Below are positions 40,380 through 51,500 of a DNA stretch of 64,000 nucleotides, in pieces. The DNA comes from Alphaproteobacteria bacterium (GTDB lineage Bacteria > Pseudomonadota > Alphaproteobacteria > UBA828). Every line of letters begins with the position of its first letter. The stretch's first letter is position 1. Position numbers and translations under genes: made by a program. The notes below the pieces were generated by a model. That model saw only the letters and a program-made list of their open reading frames with translations. It ran no database searches and was not told the origin of the DNA. The DNA lies in the NCBI GenBank assembly GCA_965237415.1, contig CBDEFM010000002.1:3616001-3680000 (forward strand), read 5' to 3'.

Positions 40380-40845
40380 ATGGTGCCTTCAACTGAGATT
40401 CTCAGTAACGTTGAAGTGCTGGAGATGTCTGGAGGTCGGCGTCGCTGGCCGGATGCGGTGAAGGCACGGATCGTTGCCGAGACGCTGGAAGTCGGCGCGA
40501 CGGTTGCGGGCGTAGCACGGAGATAGGGTCTGAATGCCAACCAACTGTCGGGCTGGCGTCGCCTGGCCCGGGATGGCCGGTTGGTGCTGCCGGCCGCCGA
40601 TGGGGATGTGGAGTTTGCGCCGCTGGTGGTCCGGGCAGAGAGGTCCCGTCGCCCCGGGCCGAGCGGTGAGCGCCTGGAAGTGGTTCTGGGCAAGGTGGCG
40701 GTCCGGCTCGACGCCGCGACGCCGGCGTGTCGGATCGCGGAGATCGTCTCTGCGCTGAATGCGTCGGCATGATCTTCCCGTCGAACCGGGTGCGTATCGT
40801 GGTTGCGACCCGGCAGGTGGACTTCCGCAAGGGCCATGACGGTCT
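40380..40845 (+). pseudogene. IS66 remnant: tnpA with internal stop, plus the first codons of tnpB
   Basis: RRRWPDAVKARIVAETL...VAR*GLNANQL..WRR; MIFPSNRVRIVVATRQVDFRKGHDGL; GTAAGCG end at ~40293. Confidence 0.8.
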
Positions 40846-40859
40846 ACCGGAAACCCTGC

Positions 40860-41584
40860 GCCGACATCGAGACCCTGCGCTACCCGGGAGCCTCTGGCTG
40901 GCCGAGGGCGGTCGTTTCCACGCCAAGCCGCGGCGCGAAATATCGACTCCGGCCAATGTCCTGCCGCGCTGGCGGGCCGGCATCGAGGCCGAAGTCGACA
41001 ACGCGGTGATCCGGGATGCGCTGTGGTTCGCGATGTACACCGGTCTGCTGCGCGAAGAGGTGCTGACCCTGAATTGGGAACATGTCGACACGGGGGCACA
41101 CACTTTCAGGGTCCGGCATACCAGAGGTACTGTCTCCTCCGAGCTCCCGGTCACAACCCAACTGGCCGCAATCCTCGACAGTCGACGTGCGGAAAGCGGA
41201 CATCCCGAGTCTGCTCAGCATGGCTGGGTATTTCCATCGCCGACCAGCGCGTCCGGCCATCTCAAGGAAATCAAACACCTGTACGGGCGGATTTCCGAAG
41301 CCGGCGGCGCGAAGTTCTGGTTCCAGGGGATGCGGAATTGCTACCTTGCCGTGGCGGAGGTGGACCTGCTGCTGCCGTCCTCGTTGACCAGCCGGCTTCT
41401 CAACCGTGCGCCGGTCGGCGGGATCGCCGCTGGCTATCCCGAAGACTGGACCACGGAACAGCTAAAGGCACCTGCGCAGCTAATTGCTGATCGTGTCGAA
41501 GAATTAACTATGACACACAGTCAATCGCCGAATTTTTGGTTGGTGTACATCAACAGTCAGCATCAACAAAAACATTGCGGTTGA
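40860..41584 (+). pseudogene. Tyrosine recombinase catalytic-domain remnant
   Basis: YTGLLREE (catalytic Arg lost), WVFPS, FQGMRN, LLNRA...GY. Confidence 0.75.
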
Positions 41585-41593
41585 TCTCTCGTG

Positions 41594-42505
41594 TCAAGCT
41601 AGTCCAAATGAACTTGCGACGTGTTCATTCAAAGGTACAGTCGGATCTATACACTTGCAGATGAAGTAAGCATAAGCGATAAGGTATACTATGAGTTCGT
41701 CCCACACGTCATAATAGACATCTAAAGGAACTTCAGGTGGAGCCGCCCGCCTTTCGCCAAGCCAAACAATGTGTGCACCTGCATTTTCGAAAAAATGTTC
41801 TTCGATGAATTTTTTTAATTTAGCTTTCGGTTTACCGTTATTCCACAATCCGCATTGCTTCAGTATATCTTCGGCAAATTCCTCCAAATTTTCAACTACA
41901 CCACGATTGTGCACAATTCGATGACGAAGCTTCTCGACCAATTCAATCGCAACACGAAGATGGACCTCGTATATGTTGTTTTCTTCCACCGACTTTAGAT
42001 CAGGACATAATTCACGTATTCGGGTGAGTATCTCTCTATGTTTGAGCCTGTACTTTCTCCTTACGGCATTTAGATACCAGTCAAAGTGCTTGTCGTCCAG
42101 CTCTGAGAGTTTGACGCGGCCAAAATCTTCAAGATTCCAAGCATTCCGATTCGTTCTTCCTATATGTGCGTATATCCTCTCCAGGAAATCTTCAAATTCT
42201 TCATATGCCTCGACCAGCAACCATCCATACTGCCTATTTTTCTGTTGAAAGACTCTATCACGCTGACGCGTCGCATCGGACTTGATAAAGCCGTACCTCA
42301 CTAACTCTCCTGTCTTCAAGTCCTGAAAATGCGTCGACTGCATAGAATAGAATTGCAGAATATCGCTCTCAGTCGCCGCATTCCGCTCAATGAACTCGGA
42401 AAGCCGTTCTAGTTCGTCTTTTGTTACATCTTTAACTATATTTCTATAGATTTGTATCCCAACGAGGCGGCCTTGAAGAAGGTCAAGTATCTCGGATATT
42501 TCCAT
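41594..42505 (-). CDS. Low-GC hypothetical protein with HEPN-like motifs
   Basis: LVEAYEEFEDFL helix and LRHRIVHNRG (RHx3H). Confidence 0.65.
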   Translation of the reverse strand: MEISEILDLLQGRLVGIQIYRNIVKDVTKDELERLSEFIERNAATESDILQFYSMQSTHFQDLKTGELVRYGFIKSDATRQRDRVFQQKNRQYGWLLVEAYEEFEDFLERIYAHIGRTNRNAWNLEDFGRVKLSELDDKHFDWYLNAVRRKYRLKHREILTRIRELCPDLKSVEENNIYEVHLRVAIELVEKLRHRIVHNRGVVENLEEFAEDILKQCGLWNNGKPKAKLKKFIEEHFFENAGAHIVWLGERRAAPPEVPLDVYYDVWDELIVYLIAYAYFICKCIDPTVPLNEHVASSFGLA

Positions 42506-42742
42506 CGTCGGCGCCCTCGCTGTCTCCGATGATCAATCTGACGTCGAGAACAGACGCAAACATCCATTACCGATTAATCCTAGTGCGTCCAGACAAAATC
42601 GCTGGCGCCGCTCGTGATCCTTATTTTTAGCGAGGCGCCACATGGCAATTCAACAATCCATTCTCCGCCCTGAGCGTTATGGGCAATCGCTGTCCATTAG
42701 CCAATACGCTCAACGATCAATCCACCCTATCCGCTCTACGCA

Positions 42743-42935
42743 CTACAGGATATCCCCCGCAATGCTGCCGGCGACCCGCTCCGCCGCCTCGTGGAGAGAG
42801 TCGCGCGCCAGATGGGCGTCGCGCGCCGTCGTTTCGATGTCGCTGTGGCCGAGCAGCTTGCCGATCAACGGCAGGGTCTCGCCGAGCGCCAGCGCACGGG
42901 AAGCGAAGGTGTGTCGGAGATCGTGCAGCCAAACG
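42743..42935 (-). pseudogene. Phage integrase C-terminal fragment
   Basis: LHDLRHTFAS...IGKLLGHSDIETTARDAHL (catalytic Tyr replaced by Asp). Confidence 0.85.
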
Positions 42936-43010
42936 TGCTCAAGCGAGCCCTGGCGCGGGCGGTCTGCTAAACATCCTCGGCACGCCCGTCCGCTAGTTGG
43001 CCCTTCCCGG

Positions 43011-44003
43011 ATGATCACGACCCTTCCCTGCATTCTCGTCGCCCACGACCCGCCGCCGGACGCGCGCGCCGCCTACCGGCAAGAGCTCGGCTCCGACTGC
43101 GAACTGCTCTTCCGGTCCGATCTCGCGCCGCCGGAGTGGGACGCCGCGCGGGCGCGGGCGCGGGTGCTGATCGCCCAGAACCCCCGGATCGAGATCACGG
43201 CCGACGATGTCGCAGCGATGACGTCGCTCTGCTTCGTGCAGCTCTTGACCGCAGGCGTCGATCACGTGCCGCTGCATCTCTTCCCGCGCGATCTGGCAAT
43301 TGCCTCGAACGCGGGCGCCTACGCCGGCCCAATGGCGGAGTTTGTGCTGGCAATGACGCTGGCTGCCGCCAAGCGCCTGCCCGTTGAGCACAGGGAGATG
43401 CGCGAGGGGCGGTTCAACCAGTTCGTCGCCAACAAGACGCTCGAGGGAGCGGCTTGCGCGATTCTCGGCTTCGGCGGCGTCGGGCGCGCTGCGGCCCGGC
43501 TGTTCCGGGCGCTGGGCGCCGAGATCCACGCCATGAACCGGAGCGGCGAGACCGACGAGGAGGTGGCGTTCATCGGCACCCTGGCGGTGCTGGAAGATGT
43601 GCTCCGCCGCGCCGATATCGTCGTCATCTCGCTGTCCCTGACCGAGACGACAGCGGGACTGATCGGCGCTCGCGAGCTCGGCTGGATGAAGGACGATGCG
43701 ATCCTGGTTAATGTCGCGCGCGGCGAAATCGTCGACCAGAACGCGCTCTACCGCCATCTGGTCGACAAGGAGCGGTTCTTCGCTTGCCTGGAATCGTGGT
43801 GGATTGAACCGGTGCGGCACGGTCAGTTCCGCATCGCCCACCCGTTTCTGGACTTGCCCAACGTGATCGCCGCGCCGCACAATTCCGCGAGCGTGCCCGG
43901 CGCGCAGGTCCAAGCGGTGCACCAGGGCGCACGCAACGTGCGCCGATGGCTGGACGGCGAGGTGCCCCGAAACCTGTTGGGTGCGGACGAGCGCGGCACC
44001 TGA
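43011..44003 (+). CDS. D-isomer specific 2-hydroxyacid dehydrogenase
   Basis: AGVDH, GFGGVG, LVNVARGEIVD, APHN. Confidence 0.9.
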   Translation: MITTLPCILVAHDPPPDARAAYRQELGSDCELLFRSDLAPPEWDAARARARVLIAQNPRIEITADDVAAMTSLCFVQLLTAGVDHVPLHLFPRDLAIASNAGAYAGPMAEFVLAMTLAAAKRLPVEHREMREGRFNQFVANKTLEGAACAILGFGGVGRAAARLFRALGAEIHAMNRSGETDEEVAFIGTLAVLEDVLRRADIVVISLSLTETTAGLIGARELGWMKDDAILVNVARGEIVDQNALYRHLVDKERFFACLESWWIEPVRHGQFRIAHPFLDLPNVIAAPHNSASVPGAQVQAVHQGARNVRRWLDGEVPRNLLGADERGT

Positions 44004-44208
44004 AAAGCCAGGCAGCAGTTCGGCTCTCAAACGCGGGTCGTTGCTGCGCGTGTAAGGCAGGCGCCGCCGCCGATTTGTACGCCGGACATGCCGGTCAGGA
44101 AACGAACGCGGTGCCGTTCACGTCCGCGTGCGCTGGTTCTTGATTCTTGATGATTCCCAATAAATTCCCAACTGTCGATGCCAGGCGGGAGCCTGCAGTG
44201 TTGTTAAG

Positions 44209-45591
44209 CGATGGAGTGGACGCCCCCTTCCGGCGGCATGGCAATGTGCCATGTTGGCGGTGTCGTCAACGCCAAGAGAGGAAAGGGGCATCCATGGAAC
44301 GGGTTAGCATGATCGGGATCGATCTGGCAAAGAACAGCTTTCAAGCTCACGGTGCGCGGGCGGACGGTTCGGTTGCGTTCCGCAGGAAGCTGAGTCGGGC
44401 GAAGATTTTGGATTTTATGGCCTCACAGCCGCGCTGCACGGTAGTGATGGAGGCGTGTGCCAGCGCCCATTACTGGGGCCGGGAGATCGGCGGTCTAGGC
44501 CATGCGGTGCGACTGATCCCTCCGGTTTATGTCAAAGCCTACGTCAAGCGGCAAAAGAACGACGCGGCCGACGCCGAGGCGATATGCGAGGCGGCATCGC
44601 GGCCGACCATGAGTTTCGTGGCGGTGAAGACGAAGGAGCAGCAGGCGCGGGGCATGCTGTTCCGGACACGCGATCTTCTGGTGCGCCAGCGCACACAGAC
44701 GATCAACGCGCTGCGCGGCCATCTGGCGGAGTTCGGCGTTGTTGCGCCCAAGGGGCCGGTCCATATCGATCGCCTGGCGTCGGCGCTTGAGGATCAGGTC
44801 TCGGACCTGCCGGAGGCGGTCTGCGCGCTGGGTGGCCTTCTGTTTGAGCAGATTGAAGGTCTCAATGGGAAGATCGGAGACTTGGAGCGGGAGACCCATA
44901 CGGCTGCGCGGCAGGATGAGGACGTGCAACGGCTTATGACCGTGCCAGGGATCGGGCCGATCACCGCGATGGCGATCCAAGCCTTCGCGCCGCCGATGGA
45001 GAGCTTCCAGCGGGGTCGCGACTTCTCTGCCTGGCTGGGCCTCGTACCGCGCCAGCACACGACCGGCGGCAAGCCGAGATTGGGCAAGATATCGAAGATG
45101 GGTCAGCGCGATCTTCGGCGGCTGCTGATCACGGGCGCCATGGCGGTTGTGCGCTGGTCGGTCCGGCGTGGCAGGACAGACGATCCGTGGCTCGCCAGGA
45201 TGCTGGCGTGCAAGCCGCGGATGCTTGTCGCAGTGGCGCTGGCCAACCGGATGGCGCGTATCGTCTGGGCGCTGATGACGAAGAAGGAGATCTACCGGGC
45301 TCCCGCGCTCGAAGCCGCCTGAGAGGGTGGCAAAGCGCGGGTAGCCGTCGGGGATGCGGGCAGGTCGGAGGACAGGCAAGGGCAAACGGTCGACGAGACG
45401 GGATCGGGAAACCCAGCTTTGCGCGGAGAGCTTTCGAGCTCGCATAAGCGATTTGGACCCGGTCCGCGCATCTCCATGAGGGCCCGCGGCGTGTGACGTG
45501 CCGCATCGAGAGGCCGGACACACGACAGAACCTGACCGAATGTGCCGAGCCGACCAAAGAAACCGCTTGCGTCTACGGGGGCGTCCACACA
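44209..45591 (+). mobile_element. IS1111-group (IS110 family) element; ends approximate
   Basis: Subterminal IR GTGGACGCCCCC (44216-44227) / GGGGGCGTCCAC (45577-45588). Confidence 0.85.
44294..45322 (+). CDS. IS110/IS1111 transposase
   Basis: GIDLAK, MEAC, KNDAADA, GLVPRQHTTGG. Confidence 0.93.
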   Translation: MERVSMIGIDLAKNSFQAHGARADGSVAFRRKLSRAKILDFMASQPRCTVVMEACASAHYWGREIGGLGHAVRLIPPVYVKAYVKRQKNDAADAEAICEAASRPTMSFVAVKTKEQQARGMLFRTRDLLVRQRTQTINALRGHLAEFGVVAPKGPVHIDRLASALEDQVSDLPEAVCALGGLLFEQIEGLNGKIGDLERETHTAARQDEDVQRLMTVPGIGPITAMAIQAFAPPMESFQRGRDFSAWLGLVPRQHTTGGKPRLGKISKMGQRDLRRLLITGAMAVVRWSVRRGRTDDPWLARMLACKPRMLVAVALANRMARIVWALMTKKEIYRAPALEAA

Positions 45592-45898
45592 CGCGCCTTG
45601 TTGACCCCCCGCAATGCAGCAAGATCAATGAATTACTGCGCCGATCGGCGCCGAACCTACGCGCCGAGCAACACGCGGGTGCCGTCTCGGGTCCGGTGCG
45701 TCTTCCATAGTCTGCACTGCTGCTATGTAGACTCTGCGATGTCCGGCACAATATAGCACACTAACCAGCATTCAATACACATGGGCATAGTATCCTTCCC
45801 TCTCCATAACGCAGCTTGGCTCAACCAGAAAGCATATGGTCCCCGCAAATGTCCCATCCACCCAGAGACCGTCCCTTTGCATAGTATGGCATCGCAAT

Positions 45899-47087
45899 CT
45901 AGTCACCTGGCACTGAAGTAAGGCTCAGTGTAGGCTGTTCATCGTGGTGTGGCTGTGGAGGTCATTGCGATGGCGCGTGGTACTGGCCGGCCGATGGCGG
46001 TCTTGGTTCTGAGCGATGAAGAGCGGTCGTATCTTGAGCGTCAGGCTCGACGGCGCCGGGTCGCGCGCTCGATCTCCGATCGCTGCCGCATGATCCTGCG
46101 CTGCGCAGACGGCCTGACCAACAAGGCGGTGGCAGCCGAGATCGGCGTGCACGAGCACACGGTCGGCAAGTGGCGCCGCCGCTTCCTGAAGGAGCGCATC
46201 GAGGGGCTGTCGGATGAGCCTCGGCCGGGACGGCCGCGAACGCTCACGGACGATCAGGTGGCCAAGGTTGTCGAGCGGACGCTCAGCGCGACGCCGGCGG
46301 ACGCCACCCATTGGTCGTTGCGCTCGATGGCCAGGGAAAGCGGCCTTTCGCACACGACGATCTGGCGCATCCGGGGCGCCTTCGGCTTGCAGCCGCACCG
46401 CTCGGAGACCTTCAAGCTGTCGGGCGATCCGCACTTCGTGGACAAGGTCCGCGACATCGTTGGGCTCTATCTCTCGCCGCCGGACCGCGCGCTGGTGCTC
46501 TGCGTCGACGAGAAGAGCCAGATCCAGGCGCTCGACCGTACACAGCCGGTCCTGCCGATGCTGCCGGGCATGCCTGAGCGGCGCACACACGACTACAAGC
46601 GTCACGGCACCACCTCGCTGTTCGCAGCCCTCGATGTCGCCACGGGCCGGGTCATCGGCAAGTGCTACAGGCGCCACCGGGCCAGGGAGTTTCTCGACTT
46701 CCTGAAAGAGATCGACCGCTCGGTCCCCGAGGGGCTGGACGTCCACATCGTCATGGACAATTACGCCACTCACAAGACCGCGGCGGTCAAGGCTTGGCTG
46801 GCGCGGCGAGCGCACTGGCATGTCCACTTCACGCCGACGTCGGCGTCCTGGATCAATCAGGTCGAACGCTGGTTCGCCGAGTTGACGCGAAAGCAGTTGC
46901 AGCGCGGCGTGCACACCTCCACCCGCCAGCTCGAAGCCGATATCCGGGCCTTCATCGAAAAGCACAACGAAGACCCCAAGCCCTTCAGGTGGACCAAATC
47001 GGCCGACGACATCCTCGCCGCCGTCAAACGCTTCTGCCTCCGCGTCGATCAAAACTTATGCCACGAACTTTAGATTCAGGTGACTAG
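45899..47087 (+). mobile_element. IS630-family element, copy 2 (inverted relative to copy 1)
   Basis: Near-identical to 7726-8914; CTAG ends. Confidence 0.93.
45949..47073 (+). CDS. IS630 transposase
   Basis: Differs from copy 1 at one visible residue (NQD vs NED). Confidence 0.95.
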   Translation: MAVEVIAMARGTGRPMAVLVLSDEERSYLERQARRRRVARSISDRCRMILRCADGLTNKAVAAEIGVHEHTVGKWRRRFLKERIEGLSDEPRPGRPRTLTDDQVAKVVERTLSATPADATHWSLRSMARESGLSHTTIWRIRGAFGLQPHRSETFKLSGDPHFVDKVRDIVGLYLSPPDRALVLCVDEKSQIQALDRTQPVLPMLPGMPERRTHDYKRHGTTSLFAALDVATGRVIGKCYRRHRAREFLDFLKEIDRSVPEGLDVHIVMDNYATHKTAAVKAWLARRAHWHVHFTPTSASWINQVERWFAELTRKQLQRGVHTSTRQLEADIRAFIEKHNEDPKPFRWTKSADDILAAVKRFCLRVDQNLCHEL

Positions 47088-47101
47088 TTCCCCAAATGCA
47101 A

Positions 47102-47234
47102 CTAGTCATCTGGCACTGAAGTTGAGATCATTATAGATTAGCAGTGCTGCCACACTAAGTCGCTCTATTGTCGAAGAATTTAGTCGTTCAACATAGTTAG
47201 CTTTATGTGGCGAACTTCAGATTCAGGTGACTAG
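47102..47234 (+). mobile_element. 133-bp MITE with IS630-type ends
   Basis: CTAGTCATCTGGCACTGAAGT ... CGAACTTCAGATTCAGGTGACTAG match the IS630 ends; AT-rich non-coding core. Confidence 0.85.
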
Positions 47235-47429
47235 GGAACCCGAGATCGCTCGCAACCGCTCATGGTCACGAACCGAACACGCCCCTTGCATCAACCCCTA
47301 ACTCATTGTAATATAGGCAAGTGATCGAGAGAAAGATGACCCTATCGAAAATCCTATGCAACGTTCGTCCCAAGCACCTGCCTACCGCACCTACCTACCA
47401 CACCACCTCTCGGGACACCAACTCTGCGG

Positions 47430-48543
47430 GCCAGGGCTGGCGCAACGGCGTGCGCATGGGTCGTCTGAAGACGGCGGAAGGGCTGGTGGACTATGCGGCG
47501 CCGCAGATCGCCGGCCGCGAGGAGACGTTCCGCCCCGAGATCCGCAACAACCTGAAGGGCCGCACCCAGGCACTGGAGGACCTGGCGGTGGAGCTTCTGG
47601 CGCGCGGCCTCTCTGTGCGCGACATCGAGGACGCGTTCCGGGACGAGAGCGGTCGGCTGTTGCTGTCGCGGACGGCGGTCTCGGAGATCGGCGAGCGGCT
47701 GTGGGCGGACTACCAGGAGTTCGCCGGCCGCGATCTGTCGGAGTACGACATCGCCTACCTGTTCGTGGACGGCATCGCCGAGCGCATCCGCCCTGGCCAG
47801 AGGCGCGAGCCGGTGCTGGCGGCCTGGGGCTTCACGGCGACCGCGCCAAGGCGCTGCTGCACCTGATGGCCGGCTCCAAGGAGGACGCGGAGACGGTGAG
47901 CGCCTTTCAGGACATGCGTGGGCGCGGACTCGGCGATCCGCTGCTGGTGGTCTCGGACGGTGCGGCGGGCATCATCAAGGCGATCGAGATCTGCTTCCCG
48001 CGATCGGTGCGTCAGCGCTGCCTCGCCCATCGTATGCGGAACCTGGCTGCCAAGGTGCCGGAGGACCTTTGGCCCGAGTTCAAGGCACGCGTCAGCGCCG
48101 CCTACCAGGCTCCCTCCCGCGCCATCGCCCGCGACCTGGCCACCGGCGTGGTTGCCGACTACCAGAGCGAACTGCCGAGCGCGAGCGCCTGCTTCGAGGA
48201 CGACTTCGAGGCCTGCATCGCGCACCTGCGCATGCCGATCACCCACCGCCGCGCGATCCGGACGACGAAACTCCTTGAGCGTCTGTTCGTCGAGGAGCGC
48301 CGGCGGCTCAAGACCATCCCCAACGCCTTCGGCGAGAAGGCCGTGCTCAAGCTCATGTTCGGCGCCATGATCCGCGCCGCCGAGCGCTGGCGGGCCATCA
48401 GGGTCTGCGAGCTCGAGCGCCGTCAGATGCGCGCCGTCAGAGAGGAGCTCGACCACGAATACGAGGCCCAGAACGGCCTCGGCACAAAGGCCTCAGCGCC
48501 CGCACACCAGGATAAAATATCCAGCACATCTTGGACTTGACCC
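47430..48543 (+). pseudogene. IS256-family transposase, 5'-truncated and frameshifted
   Basis: WRNG, GLSVRDIE, YLFVDG, VSDG, QRCLAHRMRN, IRTTKLLERL. Confidence 0.85.
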
Positions 48544-48768
48544 TGGTCGGCGCTCATCCCGCCATACTCCTTGCGCCATCTGCAATACGTGACCTCGCTG
48601 ATCCCCAACTGTCGGATCGCGTCCGCCATCGACATGCCCTGGCCGTGCAGGACCTCCGCCTGCCGCAGCATGCTGACGATCTCCTCCGGCTTGTAACGCT
48701 TCCTTGCCATCGTTGGTCCTCCTCATTCCCAAACCTAAGGATGGACCAATCCGATGGGGGAGGATCAG
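48544..48768 (-). pseudogene. IS3-family left end and orfA fragment, cut by IS256
   Basis: MARKRYKPEEIVSMLRQAEVL...TYCRWRKEYGGM; TGATCCTCCCCC end. Confidence 0.8.
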
Positions 48769-48877
48769 ACCCCAATCGATGCAGACTCGTCCGCCGCCCC
48801 AAACGCCTTGATATTTTGGTACGTCTGGTTTGATTGTCCGGAGCGAAGAGGACAAGACACAGGGGTCCAATCGTCAG

Positions 48878-49876
48878 TCAGGTCAACCCCTGCTCTTTCC
48901 GTCCGCGCACGAGTTGTGAGGCGGACACGGCCAGAATCAGCGCGGCACCGTTGAACAAATTCTGCACGAAAGTATCGACGCCAAGGAAGTTGAGACCGGT
49001 GATGCCGGTCACCAGGAAAAACACCGCGATAATCGAGCCCGGCGGGTTGAACCGACCCGGAACGATGCTCGTCGCGCCGAGGAACGCGGCGGCAAAGGCC
49101 GGGAGCAGAAAGGTGAGGCCCGACAGCGGGTCGGCGCCGCCCGTCGTGCCGATGTTAATGATGCCGGCGAGCGTGGCGATGATACTGGAAGCCACGAGGG
49201 CCACGGCGCGGACGCGCACCACGCTGATACCGGACAGGCGGGCGACCTCGCGTCCGCGGCCAACGAACAGGAGGCGCCGGCCGATGGGCGTGAACTCGAA
49301 GACGTACCAAATGATCACGCCCAGAGCCATCGCGTAGTAGAAGGCCAAAGGAATATCGAAGAGGCGATTGACGATGACCCAGTCAATCAGGCCGGGCGAC
49401 ACGCCGCTCAGCGTCTGCGAGCTACTGATCCACAGGATGAGACCCTGGATGACCGACGCCGTGCCGAGGGTCACGATCAAGGAGTGTATTCGGAAGTAGA
49501 TAATAAAGAACGCATTGATGAGGCCGACGATCAGCCCCATGGCCAGGCACGCCAGAACCGCCTGCCATAGCGGCAGGCCCATCTTGGCATTCAGAACGGC
49601 GAGGATCATCGCCGAGAAGGTCAGTACGGCGGCGACCGAAACGTCGAAGTCACCCGCCGTGAGCGGGATTATCAGGCCCAAGGTCAGCACGACCAGCACG
49701 GCCTGGGAGCCGAAAATAATGGAGGAGAAGGTAGGCCACTGGAGAAAGGATGGCGGGGCCGCAACGGCGAAAATGACGATCAACGCGATCCAGGCCAGGA
49801 TCAGCGCGTACCTTTCCAGCACGACAAGCCAATCAATTCTCTTCTCCTTTGCAGATACCTCGGTCCCTTCAGCCAT
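48878..49876 (-). CDS. Sugar ABC permease (RbsC-like)
   Basis: GDFDVSV, IVTLG, GRRLLFVG...ARLSGI, AAFLGATS. Confidence 0.9.
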   Translation of the reverse strand: MAEGTEVSAKEKRIDWLVVLERYALILAWIALIVIFAVAAPPSFLQWPTFSSIIFGSQAVLVVLTLGLIIPLTAGDFDVSVAAVLTFSAMILAVLNAKMGLPLWQAVLACLAMGLIVGLINAFFIIYFRIHSLIVTLGTASVIQGLILWISSSQTLSGVSPGLIDWVIVNRLFDIPLAFYYAMALGVIIWYVFEFTPIGRRLLFVGRGREVARLSGISVVRVRAVALVASSIIATLAGIINIGTTGGADPLSGLTFLLPAFAAAFLGATSIVPGRFNPPGSIIAVFFLVTGITGLNFLGVDTFVQNLFNGAALILAVSASQLVRGRKEQGLT

Positions 49877-51500
49877 GTACCTGCTCCGTTGAGTGCACGG
49901 CTGTGCCGGCCTCTCCCTGATTGCCCGATGCCAGACTGAGAACGGTCTGTTCGGCGATGCGGTCCTTGGTGACATCGCTGCCGACCAGCTCTCGGACGAC
50001 CCGACCGCGCGCAAAGATCAGAACGCGGTCGCAGATCGCCGCGAGTTGCCCGTAGTCGGTACTGGCGCAGATGACCGCCGCACCCTGCTCCGCCACATCG
50101 CGGATCGCACCAAAGACCTGCTGCCGGGCGCCGACGTCCACGCCCTGGGTCGGCTCGTCCAGCAGCATGAGAAACGGGCTCGTCTGCATCCATTTGGCGA
50201 GCAGAACCTTTTGCTGATTGCCGCCGGAAAGAGACTCGAGTTCCCTCTCCGGCACGTTGGGTCGCACGTCGAATTCCCTGCCCAGCTCGGACGCCCTGCG
50301 CCGCATCGCACGGCGCTTCAGGCCGGTCAGGCTTTGGAACGAGGACAGGACAGGAAGGGTGATGTTGTCGATGAGTGTCAGGTCGGCGACGCCCGCCGCC
50401 CCCAAGCGGTCGCCGGGAAGCAGCGCAATACCTCCCTCGATCGCCCGCTGCGGCGACATGTCACGCAGTTGGTATGTCTTGTCGTGCAGATTGAGCGTGC
50501 CCGAACCGGCCCGCGAAGCGCCGAACAGCAGGTAGAGCACCTCGTCGAAACCGGAGCCGATCAAACCGGTCAGGCCCAGCACCTCGCCGCGGTGCAGCTC
50601 CACGGAGAGATCGACAACGGTGCCGCCGGTCAGACCGTTCACGGCCACATCGACTTCCGCTCCGCGCAGGTCGTGCGCTTCGGCGTGGAACGCCTCGATA
50701 CGGCGCCCGATGATCAACTCCACGAAATCGGTGTGCAAAGCCTTTGCGGTTTCGAGGGTTCCGGCAACACGGCCATCGCGCAGAACGGTGGCGCGGTCGG
50801 TGATCTCGAGCACCTCATCGACGTCGTGCGAAACGAAAACGACGCTTGCACCTTCGTCGACGATGCCACGCACCAGTTCGAAGAGCTGGCTGACGCCTGC
50901 TTTGGGCAGAAACGGCGTGGGCTCGTCGAGAAAGAGGATGCCTGGTGTATGGTGCGCTGCGCGTTCGCCGCGAATGTCGTCGAAGGCGCGAACGATGGCG
51001 AGAAGCGCGCGCTCCACCTGCGGGAGATCTTCTACCTTGACCGACGGATCCAGGTTGAGGCCGAAGCGCGCGAAGACATCTCTGGCACGTTGCCTTTCGC
51101 GCGCCCAATTGATGTAGGCGCCGGCGCGCATCGCAAGATCGCCGAGCATCAGGTTTTCCAGCACCGTCAGGCTCGGAATGAGGCCGAGATGCTGGTGCAC
51201 GAAGGCGAGCCCCAGTCCGCGGAATTGGCCGGGCGCCAGAGGCAGTTGCACGGAACGCCCGAAGATTTGCAGGGACGCGCCCGGATCCGGGGCATGAAAG
51301 CCCGCCAGAATTTTAATCAGGGTCGACTTGCCGGAGCCGTTCTGGCCCAGGAGCCCATGAACTTCGCGCGGCACGACCGTGAAGGCGACATCGCTGAGCG
51401 CCTTCTCGCCGCCGAATGTCTTCGACGCGTGCTCCGCAAACAGAGCGGGGGCGCTGGTGTCCGGCGCCCCCGTCCCGAGATCGGAGTGACTGCTACTCAA
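49869..51500 (-). CDS. Sugar ABC ATPase (RbsA-like, two NBDs); start uncertain (TTG)
   Basis: GQNGSGKSTL, LSGGNQQK, DEPTQGVDVGA. Confidence 0.9.
   Translation of the reverse strand: MSSSHSDLGTGAPDTSAPALFAEHASKTFGGEKALSDVAFTVVPREVHGLLGQNGSGKSTLIKILAGFHAPDPGASLQIFGRSVQLPLAPGQFRGLGLAFVHQHLGLIPSLTVLENLMLGDLAMRAGAYINWARERQRARDVFARFGLNLDPSVKVEDLPQVERALLAIVRAFDDIRGERAAHHTPGILFLDEPTPFLPKAGVSQLFELVRGIVDEGASVVFVSHDVDEVLEITDRATVLRDGRVAGTLETAKALHTDFVELIIGRRIEAFHAEAHDLRGAEVDVAVNGLTGGTVVDLSVELHRGEVLGLTGLIGSGFDEVLYLLFGASRAGSGTLNLHDKTYQLRDMSPQRAIEGGIALLPGDRLGAAGVADLTLIDNITLPVLSSFQSLTGLKRRAMRRRASELGREFDVRPNVPERELESLSGGNQQKVLLAKWMQTSPFLMLLDEPTQGVDVGARQQVFGAIRDVAEQGAAVICASTDYGQLAAICDRVLIFARGRVVRELVGSDVTKDRIAEQTVLSLASGNQGEAGTAVHSTEQVHG

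Noticed and set aside
40727-41584. Novel TnpB(IS66)-integrase fusion protein
   Set aside because: Chance in-frame junction of two remnants; integrase catalytic residues are degenerate.
42642-43010. N-terminal extension of the 2-hydroxyacid dehydrogenase
   Set aside because: It is the antisense of an integrase fragment; the real start is probably 43011.
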